Positions 19,864 to 28,963 of a DNA stretch of 64,000 nucleotides are shown piece after piece (the first letter of the stretch is position 1; each line of letters starts with the position of its first letter). The notes under the pieces were generated by a model. It made no database searches, was not told where the DNA came from, and was given only the letters and a program-made list of their open reading frames with translations. The DNA is from an uncultured Bacteroidales bacterium (GTDB taxonomy: Bacteria; Bacteroidota; Bacteroidia; Bacteroidales; FEN-979): assembly GCA_903877385.1 (NCBI GenBank), contig CAIRDP010000006.1, positions 43,231-107,230 of the forward strand, in the 5' to 3' direction. A program made the translations under genes and the position numbers.

Positions 19864-20799
19864 ATGCCAGACCTTTCCACAAAGTGGTTCTTTATCGTAA
19901 ATCCGAATGCAGGAAGCAGGAAGGGAATAAGAGACTGGCCGAAAATTTCCAGGCTTATCAAGGAATCCGCAATTGACCATGAAACGGCTCTTACCACCCA
20001 CAGGGGCCATGCCATTGAGCTGAGCCTTGACTGTATTAAACAGGGTTATCGAAGGATTGCCGTTGTGGGAGGAGACGGTACATTGAACGAGGTCCTTAAC
20101 GGGGTATATCTGCAGCAGGAAATCGATAAAAAAGAGATTATGCTTGGGATGATACCGGTTGGCACAGGAAATGACTGGTGCAGGATGTTCAATATACCTT
20201 TTGATTATAAAAAAGCCCTGGATATCCTCATCCGGGAAAAGATCTTTGTACAGGATGTTGGCCGGGTAACTCATTATAAGCATGACAAACCGGAGATAAG
20301 ATATTTTATGAACGTGGCCGGTATGGGCTATGATGCCCTTGTTGCAAAGAAGACAAACAACATGAAAGAAAAAGGCAGGGGAGGCCCTCTGACCTATTTC
20401 TATTTTGTTTTCGCCAGCCTGTTCCAGTACAGTTTCATTGAAGCCGTAATCGAAGTTGACGGGGAGACGGTTTTCAAAGGTGAAATTTTCTCGATGAACG
20501 TGGGGATCTGCAAATATAACGGGGGGGGGATGAAACAGGTGCCTTTTGCGGTTCCCGATGATGGACTGCTGGATGTGACACTGATAAAGAAAGCCCCGAA
20601 GTATATTGTAATACAGCATGCCCGGAAACTGTATGACGGCTCGCTTGTCGACCTGCCGATGGTTAAAACCTTCAGGGGGAAACAGATCAGGATACGCTCA
20701 ACGGGCAGGCTTTTCCTGGAAACGGACGGGGAATCGCTGGGGCATACACCTTTTACTTTTGAAATTATCCCCTGCGGGATAAGGGCTGTTGTAGCCTGA
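19864..20799 (+). CDS. Diacylglycerol-kinase-family lipid kinase (YegS/BmrU-like)
   Basis: VNPNAG; GGDGTLNEV; PVGTGNDW; KYNGGG; DDGLLD; DGE. Confidence 0.9.
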   Translation: MPDLSTKWFFIVNPNAGSRKGIRDWPKISRLIKESAIDHETALTTHRGHAIELSLDCIKQGYRRIAVVGGDGTLNEVLNGVYLQQEIDKKEIMLGMIPVGTGNDWCRMFNIPFDYKKALDILIREKIFVQDVGRVTHYKHDKPEIRYFMNVAGMGYDALVAKKTNNMKEKGRGGPLTYFYFVFASLFQYSFIEAVIEVDGETVFKGEIFSMNVGICKYNGGGMKQVPFAVPDDGLLDVTLIKKAPKYIVIQHARKLYDGSLVDLPMVKTFRGKQIRIRSTGRLFLETDGESLGHTPFTFEIIPCGIRAVVA

Positions 20800-20802
20800 T
20801 CC

Positions 20803-21993
20803 TCAAGAACTCACAGGCTCGGTCCAGTCACCGTTTTCTTTTATCAGCGCTACCAGTTCATCCACTGCATTGCTTTCAGGAATGTTCTTCCTCACAACTT
20901 TCCGGCCTTTATACAGCAATACTTTTCCCCTTGCGCCGCCCACATAACCGTAATCGGCATCGGCCATCTCACCCGGTCCGTTTACAATGCATCCCATAAC
21001 TGCGATCTTCAGGCCTATAAGATGGCCTGTCGCGGATTTCACTTTTTCTGCCGCTTCCTGTATGTTGAATAAGGTACGCGCACAGGAAGGACATGAAATA
21101 AATTCGGTACGGGTGATCCTTGCGCCTGTTGCCTGAAGTATCCCGTAAGCAACGGGGATTTCAAATTCGGGGTCTTCGGTAATTGAAACCCTGATCGTAT
21201 CTCCAATGCCGTCGGCAAGCAGGCTGCCTATTCCTACAGCCGATTTAAGCCGCCCGTCTTCACCCGCCCCTGCTTCAGTTACGCCAAGATGTATAGGATA
21301 ATCCATGCCTGCGGATTTCATTTCCTTTGCAAGCATGCGGTTCGACTGTATCATTACACGGGTGCTGCTGGCCTTGATTGAAAGGACCAGCTTGCCGAAA
21401 CCATGGTGTTCACATATCCTGGCAAACTCCAGCGCCGATTCAACCATTCCTTTTGGAGTGTCGCCGTACCTGGTCCTGATCCGCTCCGATAAGGAACCAT
21501 GGTTGACCCCTATCCTTAAAGCTGTTCCGTTCTCCCTGCAAATCTTCAGCAGGGGTGCAAGCCTTTTTGAAATGGTCTCCAATTCCATATTGTAATTGGC
21601 ATCGTTCATCCACCAGGATGGATCGGGCTGCCTGCCTTTCTTGTCAATATAGTTGCCGGGATTGATCCTGACCTTTTCAACAAAATGTGCAGCGAGCTCA
21701 GCAATTGCCGGATTAAAATGCACGTCGGCAATGATTGGGGTGTCAAATCCTTCCTTCCTCAGCGCTTCCCGTATCAGCTTAAGGTTTTCGGTTTCCCTGA
21801 TCCCCGGTATGGCAATGCGTACATATTCACATCCGGCTTCGATCATCCTGATCGACTGTCTCACCGTGGATTTTGTGTCGAGGGTGTTGGTATTGGTCAT
21901 GGACTGGACCCTGATGGGATACCCGCCTCCCATCGGAACACCGCCGATGTCGACGATACGGGTCCTGAATCGCTTGTAAAGTGGAGCAGACAT
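20803..21993 (-). CDS. ispG: (E)-4-hydroxy-3-methylbut-2-enyl-diphosphate synthase, short two-domain form
   Basis: RVQSMTNT; ADVHF; RINPGN; RIGVNHGSL; HLGVTEAG; CPSC and GCIVNGPGE; likely ATG at 21993. Confidence 0.95.
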   Translation of the reverse strand: MSAPLYKRFRTRIVDIGGVPMGGGYPIRVQSMTNTNTLDTKSTVRQSIRMIEAGCEYVRIAIPGIRETENLKLIREALRKEGFDTPIIADVHFNPAIAELAAHFVEKVRINPGNYIDKKGRQPDPSWWMNDANYNMELETISKRLAPLLKICRENGTALRIGVNHGSLSERIRTRYGDTPKGMVESALEFARICEHHGFGKLVLSIKASSTRVMIQSNRMLAKEMKSAGMDYPIHLGVTEAGAGEDGRLKSAVGIGSLLADGIGDTIRVSITEDPEFEIPVAYGILQATGARITRTEFISCPSCARTLFNIQEAAEKVKSATGHLIGLKIAVMGCIVNGPGEMADADYGYVGGARGKVLLYKGRKVVRKNIPESNAVDELVALIKENGDWTEPVSS

Positions 21994-21997
21994 GATG

Positions 21998-22029
21998 CAA
22001 AGATAAGGAAAGGAAGATCGACTATTAAA
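21998..22029 (-). promoter_or_regulatory. Putative promoter of ispG
   Basis: Minus strand TATCTTTG (21998-22005) with TTTA 20 nt upstream. Confidence 0.45.
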
Positions 22030-22116
22030 CATTGAATTTTGAATATCGATCGAATGATAATGTTAAATGGAATTATTCAAAATTCAACATTCGTTATTCA
22101 ATGTTCGATATTCAAT
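22028..22116. repeat. Inverted 7-bp-periodic array, ATTC(A/G)AT family, copy 1
   Basis: attcaaa attcaac attcgtt attcaat gttcgat attcaat (22075-22116), preceded by degenerate reverse-complement units. Confidence 0.8.
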
Positions 22117-22810
22117 CTTTCAGCCCCTTCACCCTCGGCTTCCCTGCAATAAAATCCTTAAGATAATACGGTTCGAAATAGGCCAGGTTCTCAAATGCCC
22201 CCTCCCTGAATCTTTCAGTAGCAAGGGGATAAAGAAAATTTGCGGAGAGCCTGAAATCATCAAGGAAGACGGCATTTTTATGAATGCCAAGGAGAGGCTT
22301 GCATTTGAATGATCCTTCGCCGGCAAAAACTATCTTTCCCGATCGGAGGAGAGCGGCAAACGAATCACCGCTGATGATTTCTGCCGAAACAGGCTGGATC
22401 TCATCTAACATTTCGTCAAAAACAGCTGTATAGACTTCCATTCTCCTTGCGTCAAGCATCGGGCAAAGCATTGCCCCTGCGGTTCCTGCATTTTTGCGCA
22501 TCCCGTATGCAAGGGATTTGAGGGTGGGGATTGCGATCAGCGGTTTTTCCAGGGCGTAACAAATCCCTTTTGCTGCGGCTACCCCTATTCTTAAGCCGGT
22601 GTAAGATCCGGGGCCCATGCTGACTGCAACGGCCGAAAGGTCCTGCAATTCCATGCCAGCATCCCCGAGGGTCTGTTCTATTAAATGGGTAAGTTTCGAA
22701 GAATGTGCGTTTTCCAGTTCCGATTCCCTGCAACTGAGGATTGCGCCATCTTTTCCAAGGGCAACAGAGCAGACCTTTGAGGAGGTTTCAAGGCAAAGGA
22801 TGGAGCCCAT
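22112..22810 (-). CDS. tsaB: tRNA threonylcarbamoyladenosine biosynthesis protein
   Basis: CLETSSKVCSVAL; GPGSYTGLRIG; DARRMEVY; YFEPYYLK. Confidence 0.93.
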   Translation of the reverse strand: MGSILCLETSSKVCSVALGKDGAILSCRESELENAHSSKLTHLIEQTLGDAGMELQDLSAVAVSMGPGSYTGLRIGVAAAKGICYALEKPLIAIPTLKSLAYGMRKNAGTAGAMLCPMLDARRMEVYTAVFDEMLDEIQPVSAEIISGDSFAALLRSGKIVFAGEGSFKCKPLLGIHKNAVFLDDFRLSANFLYPLATERFREGAFENLAYFEPYYLKDFIAGKPRVKGLKD

Positions 22811-22813
22811 TGG

Positions 22814-24196
22814 CTATTTGTCCTTTTCAAACAGATCCTTCTTGTCGACCTTTTTCACCTTGTCCCCGTCTTTAAGGGTTTTCGAAACAAGCGAATAAGG
22901 TGCAACAATAACTTCATCCCCTGCCTTAAGGCCTGCGAGGATCTGTATGTATGTATTATCCTGTATCCCTGTCTTTACATCGAGTTTCTTGGCGATGCCA
23001 TCGGTAAACCTGAATACACATTCCTGGACTTCATCCGATTTTTTCTTGGTGCTCACAATAGTGACTTTGTTATTGTCATTGTCACTTTGGGTCTTTTGAG
23101 TCTTCTGGTTCAGCTTGTCCAGGCTGTCTTTTGCAATCCGGGTGGTTACGGCCTGTATAGGAACAGTAAGAACATCGATTGCCGTTTCGGTTTGAATTTC
23201 CACTGTACAGGACATCCCTGGGCGAAAAGGGGAATAATCAGGTCTCAAGGGATCCAGAAGGTCCTTGTATGCTTCTTTTATGAGATGGATTTTAACATTG
23301 AAATTTGTCACCTGGTCCACGCTTACCCCGGTGGTATTAGCCGATGTGGCAATTTCAGTGACAATACCTTTGAATTTTCTGTTCAGGTAAGCATCAACCT
23401 CTATCAGGGCCGTATCGCCCAGCCTGACCCTTACAATGTCATTTTCGTTGACTTCCACCTGGGCCTCCATTTCGTTCAGGTTGGCGATCCTCATAATCTC
23501 GGTTCCACTTGAAAACTGTGAAGCTCCGGTAACACGCTCACCTTTTAAAACGCTAAGCTTCGAAACGGTGCCGTCGTTTGGTGAGTATATCGCAGTGCGG
23601 GTAAGATCCTGCTGGGAATGTTTAAGTGCTGCCTCTGAATTTTTCACCATAAACTCCGATGCAATAATATCCTGTTCTCCGGCAGAAACCTGTGCCTGGG
23701 CCACCTGGAAAGCAGCTTTTGCCTGGTCGTATTCAGCTTTTGAAATGACGTTCTGCTGAAACAGTTTATCCTGGCGCTCGAAAGTCAGCCTTGAATTTTC
23801 GAAAGTTGCCTTTGACTGGGCAAGCCTTGCCCTTGCATTGGCCAGGTTTGCTTTCTGGGTATTGAGGGAAGCTTCGCTCTGGTCATAAGCGGAAAGATAA
23901 ATTTCGGGATCAATTTTGGCAAGCAGGTCGCCTGTTTTTACCTGTACGCCTTCTTTAACGGTAAGTTCAACAACTTCTCCCGAGATGTAAGGACTTATCT
24001 TGATATCCTTTTCGGGTTGGATCTTCCCGTTTGAAGATACTGTTTGGATGATAGTCCGTTTTGTCACTTTCTCCACGGAGATTTTCTGGGCATCGGAGCC
24101 TTTCCCTTTTAATACGGCGAAAACTATTATAACTGCCACAACGGCAACCGCTGCGATGATGATCCATAACTTTTTCCTGGATTTTGTTGAGCTCAT
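22814..24196 (-). CDS. Efflux periplasmic adaptor (MacA/HlyD-like)
   Basis: N-terminal TM helix; lipoyl-like SGEVVELTVKEG motif; coiled-coil hairpin; FRPGMS. Confidence 0.9.
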   Translation of the reverse strand: MSSTKSRKKLWIIIAAVAVVAVIIVFAVLKGKGSDAQKISVEKVTKRTIIQTVSSNGKIQPEKDIKISPYISGEVVELTVKEGVQVKTGDLLAKIDPEIYLSAYDQSEASLNTQKANLANARARLAQSKATFENSRLTFERQDKLFQQNVISKAEYDQAKAAFQVAQAQVSAGEQDIIASEFMVKNSEAALKHSQQDLTRTAIYSPNDGTVSKLSVLKGERVTGASQFSSGTEIMRIANLNEMEAQVEVNENDIVRVRLGDTALIEVDAYLNRKFKGIVTEIATSANTTGVSVDQVTNFNVKIHLIKEAYKDLLDPLRPDYSPFRPGMSCTVEIQTETAIDVLTVPIQAVTTRIAKDSLDKLNQKTQKTQSDNDNNKVTIVSTKKKSDEVQECVFRFTDGIAKKLDVKTGIQDNTYIQILAGLKAGDEVIVAPYSLVSKTLKDGDKVKKVDKKDLFEKDK

Positions 24197-24229
24197 GCAA
24201 AGAATATTTATATGATTAATTTAGATCTC

Positions 24230-25678
24230 TTACTGCTGGATTTGAATTGGGTTCCCCATGTAGAATTCAAGAATGGTTGTCTTGAAAATAAAATCATATT
24301 TTGCCTGCAGCAGGTCAGACTGGGCTTTGGTAAGGTCCTTTTTACTGTTGTTATAGTCGAAGGAGGTGACAAGCCCAACATCGAATTTCTGTTGTGTATA
24401 TTTAAAGGATTCGGCCTGGGCAGTGAGCTTATCCTGGGAAGAATTATATTTCTGAAGCGATGCAACTGCGTCGGCATATGCCTGTTCGATGATCTTGCGC
24501 AAGGTTCTTTTCTGGATGTCAAGGTCTAGTTCTGCCTGGTTTTTCGATATTTTAGCCTGTGTGATGTTGTTCCTGCCCTGCCAACCGTTGAAGATCGGGA
24601 TATAGAGGCTGAACCCGACACTTTGGTTGTTATTCGTCTTAAGCTGGTCGCCAAACGATTTGAGCCGGGTGGCATAATTCAATTCGTATCCAAGTACAGT
24701 GTCTCTGGATAGCTGGGTTATACCCATTTTATAAGTGGAGATGGTGGGGTTTACATTAGGATCAATTTCCCTGGCTGCGCCGGAATACCCTGTTCCCCAG
24801 GAACCGCTGACCGAAAGAGTTGGAGTGATGACGCCCCTGGCAATTGCAAGACGTTTTACGGCAGCATCCACTCTCAATTCTGCCGCCCTGATCTCTGGCC
24901 GTGTCTTAATCGCATGATCGTAAATAACTTCGGGAGTTACAGGTTGTTTGGGGGCTTCCACCGCTTTAAGGTTCGGTTTTTCAACGCGGAAATCCTTTGT
25001 CACAGGCATATCGATAAGCTGCTCCAGCGAAAGATAGGATATGTTCAGTGTGTTTACGGTCTGAACCTGGGTGAGTTCCTCTGAAGCTTTCTGTGCCTGT
25101 ATGTTTAAAAGATCCCCCCTGGCCGAAGAACCGGCGTCCACCATTTTCTGCATGCGCTCAACCTGCTGCTTGGTAATGGCAAGCTGCTGGTTTGCCACAT
25201 CAAGCAGTTCGGAGTTGAACAATATATCAAGATAATATCCCGCGACTGAAAGAGAAATGCTGTTTTTGATTACGTCCAGGTCATACTGGCTGGCAAGCAC
25301 CATGATCTTGTTTTGTTTCAAGGTGTTCAACTTTTGTAAACCGTTGAATAAAACCAGGTCGCTGGAAATATAAAAGTTGTTTGACCTTACGGTGGTTGTG
25401 GCGAAAGTATTTGTATACTGGTCGATGGTCTGACCGAAATTCCAGTAGTTTGTCCCATTTGCATTCAGGCTTGGAAGCAATCCAATGGCACTTTGGGTCA
25501 GATTGGCTTTATTGGATTCCACCGACTGGATCTGCTTCTGTATATCCAGGTTGTTTTCAAGAGCATAGTTAATACAATCTTCCAGCGTCCAGATCTTTTG
25601 CGACCTGGCTTCGATTGTAAACAACAAGAGAACAGCAAGAGCAATAACTCCCGATTTCAGAATTTTTCTTACCCGCAT
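24230..25678 (-). CDS. TolC-family outer-membrane efflux protein
   Basis: Signal peptide, WTLEDCINYALENN, LYIPIFNG, KFDVG; start refined to the ATG at 25678. Confidence 0.9.
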   Translation of the reverse strand: MRVRKILKSGVIALAVLLLFTIEARSQKIWTLEDCINYALENNLDIQKQIQSVESNKANLTQSAIGLLPSLNANGTNYWNFGQTIDQYTNTFATTTVRSNNFYISSDLVLFNGLQKLNTLKQNKIMVLASQYDLDVIKNSISLSVAGYYLDILFNSELLDVANQQLAITKQQVERMQKMVDAGSSARGDLLNIQAQKASEELTQVQTVNTLNISYLSLEQLIDMPVTKDFRVEKPNLKAVEAPKQPVTPEVIYDHAIKTRPEIRAAELRVDAAVKRLAIARGVITPTLSVSGSWGTGYSGAAREIDPNVNPTISTYKMGITQLSRDTVLGYELNYATRLKSFGDQLKTNNNQSVGFSLYIPIFNGWQGRNNITQAKISKNQAELDLDIQKRTLRKIIEQAYADAVASLQKYNSSQDKLTAQAESFKYTQQKFDVGLVTSFDYNNSKKDLTKAQSDLLQAKYDFIFKTTILEFYMGNPIQIQQ

Positions 25679-25787
25679 TGCGTTTGAGTTTATTTGGTTA
25701 AGCAAGGATTGGGAATCCTCAAAATTAGTCATTTTCCCGTGAATGGTACATTAAGACGAGGAATTCGGGTAAAGGTTACAGAAAAGG

Positions 25788-25818
25788 CTTGCTCCCGGTA
25801 AAAAAATTCATACCTTTG
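25788..25818 (+). promoter_or_regulatory. Putative promoter upstream of the lipoprotein gene and atp operon
   Basis: CTTG, 19-nt spacer, TACCTTTG (25811-25818). Confidence 0.6.
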
Positions 25819-25904
25819 CAATAGCCTGAATGATCCTGGTTATTGTTATGGGATTCAATACTATAAATTGATTTATTTTTAGTAATTTGGTTTTATCTTA
25901 AAAC

Positions 25905-26282
25905 ATGGCGGATATGAATAAAGGGTTTTTTATTGTTTTAAGCGCAGTGGCCTTTTCATGGCTTATCCTGTTTTCAGGATGTAATTCCAAGAACGCCACA
26001 ACAGGCACTTTGACAATTCAGGTCATAGATTATGCCACCGATACTCCGGTTACCAACCAATTGGTTTACATTGCAACCAGTTACGGGAATCTGAAGAATC
26101 ATATCTGGGTCGGTTCACTCTATACCGATGGCAATGGAAAAGCATTCTTTCATGATCTGCCCCCGGTTTTGACCTTTTATGATACAGAGCGTTGGGAGAA
26201 CTATGGCGCCAACCAGGTTTATGCAGGGATAGATGAAAATGCAATCCTGTTTGTTAACACTCCGGTTGTGCCAAAAAAATAG
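25905..26282 (+). CDS. Hypothetical lipoprotein
   Basis: Lipobox-like LILFSG|C after a hydrophobic stretch; beta-rich, prealbumin-like spacing (GTLTIQV...YTDGNGKAFF). Confidence 0.7.
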   Translation: MADMNKGFFIVLSAVAFSWLILFSGCNSKNATTGTLTIQVIDYATDTPVTNQLVYIATSYGNLKNHIWVGSLYTDGNGKAFFHDLPPVLTFYDTERWENYGANQVYAGIDENAILFVNTPVVPKK

Positions 26283-26336
26283 GATAATTGCTTCAGAAAA
26301 TTTCTTAACATTGCAGTTTTGATTTTTTTCCAAAAG

Positions 26337-27473
26337 ATGAGAAGACAATTCCCGGTACGTTCAAGGTTCTCTTTAAGGGCTGTTTTGCTTATTCCTTTCT
26401 TTTTGCTTTTTCACGGATTGCCCTCAGAGGCGGTTACCCAGGACAATGTAAACCTTGTAGCTGCGAACGACAGCGTTTTTGCAAAGAACGGGGAAACTGA
26501 GAAAAAATCCGAAGCATTCAACCCCGGCGACATGATCATGGAACATGTTACGGATAATCATGAATGGCATATCCTGGAAACAGGCAGTTTCAAACTCAGC
26601 ATCCCCCTGCCTGTTATCCTGTATTCCGACGGAAAGGTTTACGCTTTCTGTTCGTCAAGATTTCATAACGGACTGTCTTACCAGGGATTCCGGCTTGCCG
26701 GCAAAGATAAAATTGTAAGGATGGATGCAATTCCCGGCAGCCCCAAAGTCTACGATTTTTCAATTACAAAAACAGTTCTTGCGATCATGATCAGCGCCTT
26801 GCTTATGCTGCTGATATTCATATCGGTAGCAAAGGCATATGCCCGTAATGTGAATAAAGCGCCCAAAGGGATGCAATCCATGCTTGAACCGCTGATTCTT
26901 TTTATCCGCGACGATATTGCAAAAAGTTCCATTGGGGAAAAGAAGTATGAAAAATACATGCCTTACCTGCTAACGATCTTTTTCTTTATTTTTCTTAATA
27001 ATATCCTGGGGCTGGTCCCGATTTTCCCAGGGGGTGCGAATGTTACGGGTAACATTGCCGTGACCCTGGTAATGGCTGTCTTCACTTTCATCCTCACCAG
27101 TGTCAGCGGGAATAAGCATTACTGGATAGACATAGTGAATACTCCGGGGGTTCCCTGGTGGCTAAAACTGCCTATCCCTCTGATGCCTGTTGTTGAAATT
27201 ATCGGGATCATTACCAAACCCTTTGTACTGATGGTTCGTCTTTTTGCCAACATTACGGCAGGTCATATCATTGCGCTTGGGTTTATAAGCCTTATCTTTA
27301 TTTTCGGTGCGATGAACGCAGCCCTGGGATATGGAGTTTCGGTTGTTTCGGTGGCTTTCATGATCTTCATGAACCTGCTGGAACTCCTGGTTGCTTTCAT
27401 CCAGGCATATGTTTTCACTTTGCTGTCGGCTCTTTATTTCGGGCTGGCAACAGCAGAACCGGAACACCATTAA
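26337..27473 (+). CDS. atpB: ATP synthase F0 subunit a with Bacteroidota N-terminal extension
   Basis: NVTGNIAVT; LMVRLFANITAGH (essential Arg); QAYVFTLL. Confidence 0.95.
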   Translation: MRRQFPVRSRFSLRAVLLIPFFLLFHGLPSEAVTQDNVNLVAANDSVFAKNGETEKKSEAFNPGDMIMEHVTDNHEWHILETGSFKLSIPLPVILYSDGKVYAFCSSRFHNGLSYQGFRLAGKDKIVRMDAIPGSPKVYDFSITKTVLAIMISALLMLLIFISVAKAYARNVNKAPKGMQSMLEPLILFIRDDIAKSSIGEKKYEKYMPYLLTIFFFIFLNNILGLVPIFPGGANVTGNIAVTLVMAVFTFILTSVSGNKHYWIDIVNTPGVPWWLKLPIPLMPVVEIIGIITKPFVLMVRLFANITAGHIIALGFISLIFIFGAMNAALGYGVSVVSVAFMIFMNLLELLVAFIQAYVFTLLSALYFGLATAEPEHH

Positions 27474-27475
27474 AC

Positions 27476-27506
27476 ATGTACAAATTACCGTGTACAATGT
27501 ACAAAT
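27476..27506 (+). repeat. 7-bp array, ATGTACA family, copy 1
   Basis: atgtaca aattacc gtgtaca atgtaca. Confidence 0.6.
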
Positions 27507-27548
27507 ATTAATTTTGAATTTTTAGTAGTAACCCTTAATACAAACATC

Positions 27549-27809
27549 ATGACTCTATTAGCAATTATTCTTCAGGTCGCAGCCAATCTGGTTCCGATCG
27601 CAAAGATGGGAGCCGGTTTGGGCGCTGGGATCGCAGTTATCGGTGCCGGTATCGGTATCGGTAAGATCGGGGGAAGCGCTCTCGAATCCATTGCCCGCCA
27701 GCCGGAAGCTGTAGGCGATATCCGTTCGAACATGATCATCGCTGCCGCTCTCGTCGAAGGAGTAGCATTTTTTGCTATCGTCGTTTGTCTGCTTATTCTT
27801 TTCATCTAG
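27549..27809 (+). CDS. atpE: ATP synthase F0 subunit c (likely H+-type)
   Basis: GxGxGxG helix; ARQPE loop; ALVEGVAFFA lacks the E-S/T Na+-binding signature. Confidence 0.96.
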   Translation: MTLLAIILQVAANLVPIAKMGAGLGAGIAVIGAGIGIGKIGGSALESIARQPEAVGDIRSNMIIAAALVEGVAFFAIVVCLLILFI

Positions 27810-27819
27810 CAGAGGCGGC

Positions 27820-27862
27820 AGGATTTTTACGGCATGACGGTTGGTCATGCCGTAAAAATCCT
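27820..27862. other. Perfect 19-bp inverted repeat between atpE and atpF
   Basis: aggatttttacggcatgac-ggttg-gtcatgccgtaaaaatcct; no U-tract follows. Confidence 0.85.
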
Positions 27863-27885
27863 CATTCAAATTTAAAAAATAAGCT

Positions 27886-28380
27886 ATGGAACTGATTACC
27901 CCCGGATTAGGCCTTATATTCTGGATGACCCTGGTCTTCCTGGCCCTGCTTTTCCTGTTAAAGAAATTTGCGTGGATCCCGATTCTCAAAGCCTTGAAAG
28001 ACAGGGAAGATGCGATCACCGACGCTTTGTCATCCGCCGATAAGGCAAAAGAAGAAATGAAGCAATTGCAGTTCAGCAATGAACAGCTTCTTGCCGAAGC
28101 CAAGAACGAAAGGGATAATATCCTTAATGAGGCAAGGAAGATAAAGGAAAAGATCATCGAGGAAGCCCGTTTGAAAGCAAGTGAAGAAGCAGGTAATATA
28201 ACAGCCAGTGCTCTTGAAAACATCAGGAATGAAAAAATGGCAGCGCTCACCGAACTGAAAAACGAGGTTGGCCAGCTTTCACTGGAAATTGCAAAAAGGA
28301 TACTCCAGAGGGAACTCACCGATCCCAAAAAACAGGAAGAGTATGCACGCCAGCTTCTCAGTGAAATAAATTTTAATTAA
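27886..28380 (+). CDS. atpF: ATP synthase subunit b
   Basis: PGLGLIFW...KKFAWIPIL; long coiled coil. Confidence 0.95.
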   Translation: MELITPGLGLIFWMTLVFLALLFLLKKFAWIPILKALKDREDAITDALSSADKAKEEMKQLQFSNEQLLAEAKNERDNILNEARKIKEKIIEEARLKASEEAGNITASALENIRNEKMAALTELKNEVGQLSLEIAKRILQRELTDPKKQEEYARQLLSEINFN

Positions 28381-28390
28381 GATTGCTTAG

Positions 28391-28963
28391 ATGAATGTTC
28401 CCCTGATCGCCGAACGTTATGCCAAAGCCCTTTTCGAGATGGCTTTGGAGAGGAAAGCCCTTGAGGAAGTTCACGAGGATGTTCTCAGGCTTGATGGCCT
28501 TATCAGGGAAAGCAGGCCTCTTAAGTTGTTCCTTAGGGCCCCTGTTATCAACCCCGGGAAAAAGCGCTCCATCATGGACGAGATCCTGAAAGGTTTCAAT
28601 CCTGTTACAATTGCCTTTGTGGACCTTCTTGTAAGAAAAAGGCGGGAATCGACCATCCCGGCAATAGTGGGTCAGTTCATAGAACAGTATAACATCTATA
28701 AGAATATTATTGTCCTCAGGGTAAAAACCGCTGTTCCCCTGGATAAGGAACTTCGCGGGCAGCTGAACGCCGTGATGGCCGGCTATACAAAGGCGAATAT
28801 CGACCTCATTGAAGAAATTGATGAATCGGTGATCGGTGGTTTTGTGCTGAGCTGGGACGACAAGCAATATGATGCCAGTATCCAGAAACAGATTGACAGG
28901 ATGAAAAAGGGACTGGCAAGGATTAATTTATATGTAAAAGGAATAGAACATGGCAGACATTAA
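28391..28963 (+). CDS. atpH: ATP synthase subunit delta
   Basis: IAERYAKAL; IDESVIGGF. Confidence 0.93.
   Translation: MNVPLIAERYAKALFEMALERKALEEVHEDVLRLDGLIRESRPLKLFLRAPVINPGKKRSIMDEILKGFNPVTIAFVDLLVRKRRESTIPAIVGQFIEQYNIYKNIIVLRVKTAVPLDKELRGQLNAVMAGYTKANIDLIEEIDESVIGGFVLSWDDKQYDASIQKQIDRMKKGLARINLYVKGIEHGRH

Noticed and set aside
20521-20529. G9 tract as a phase-variation switch (also 1436-1444)
   Set aside because: Both encode Gly-Gly-Gly in intact ORFs, here the conserved GGG motif of the kinase family; only read-level data could revive this
22028-22116. CRISPR array (also considered for the other micro-arrays)
   Set aside because: 7-8 bp periodicity, no unique spacers, no cas genes
27549-27809. 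Na+-translocating ATP synthase
   Set aside because: Subunit c lacks the Gln and E-S/T Na+-binding signature
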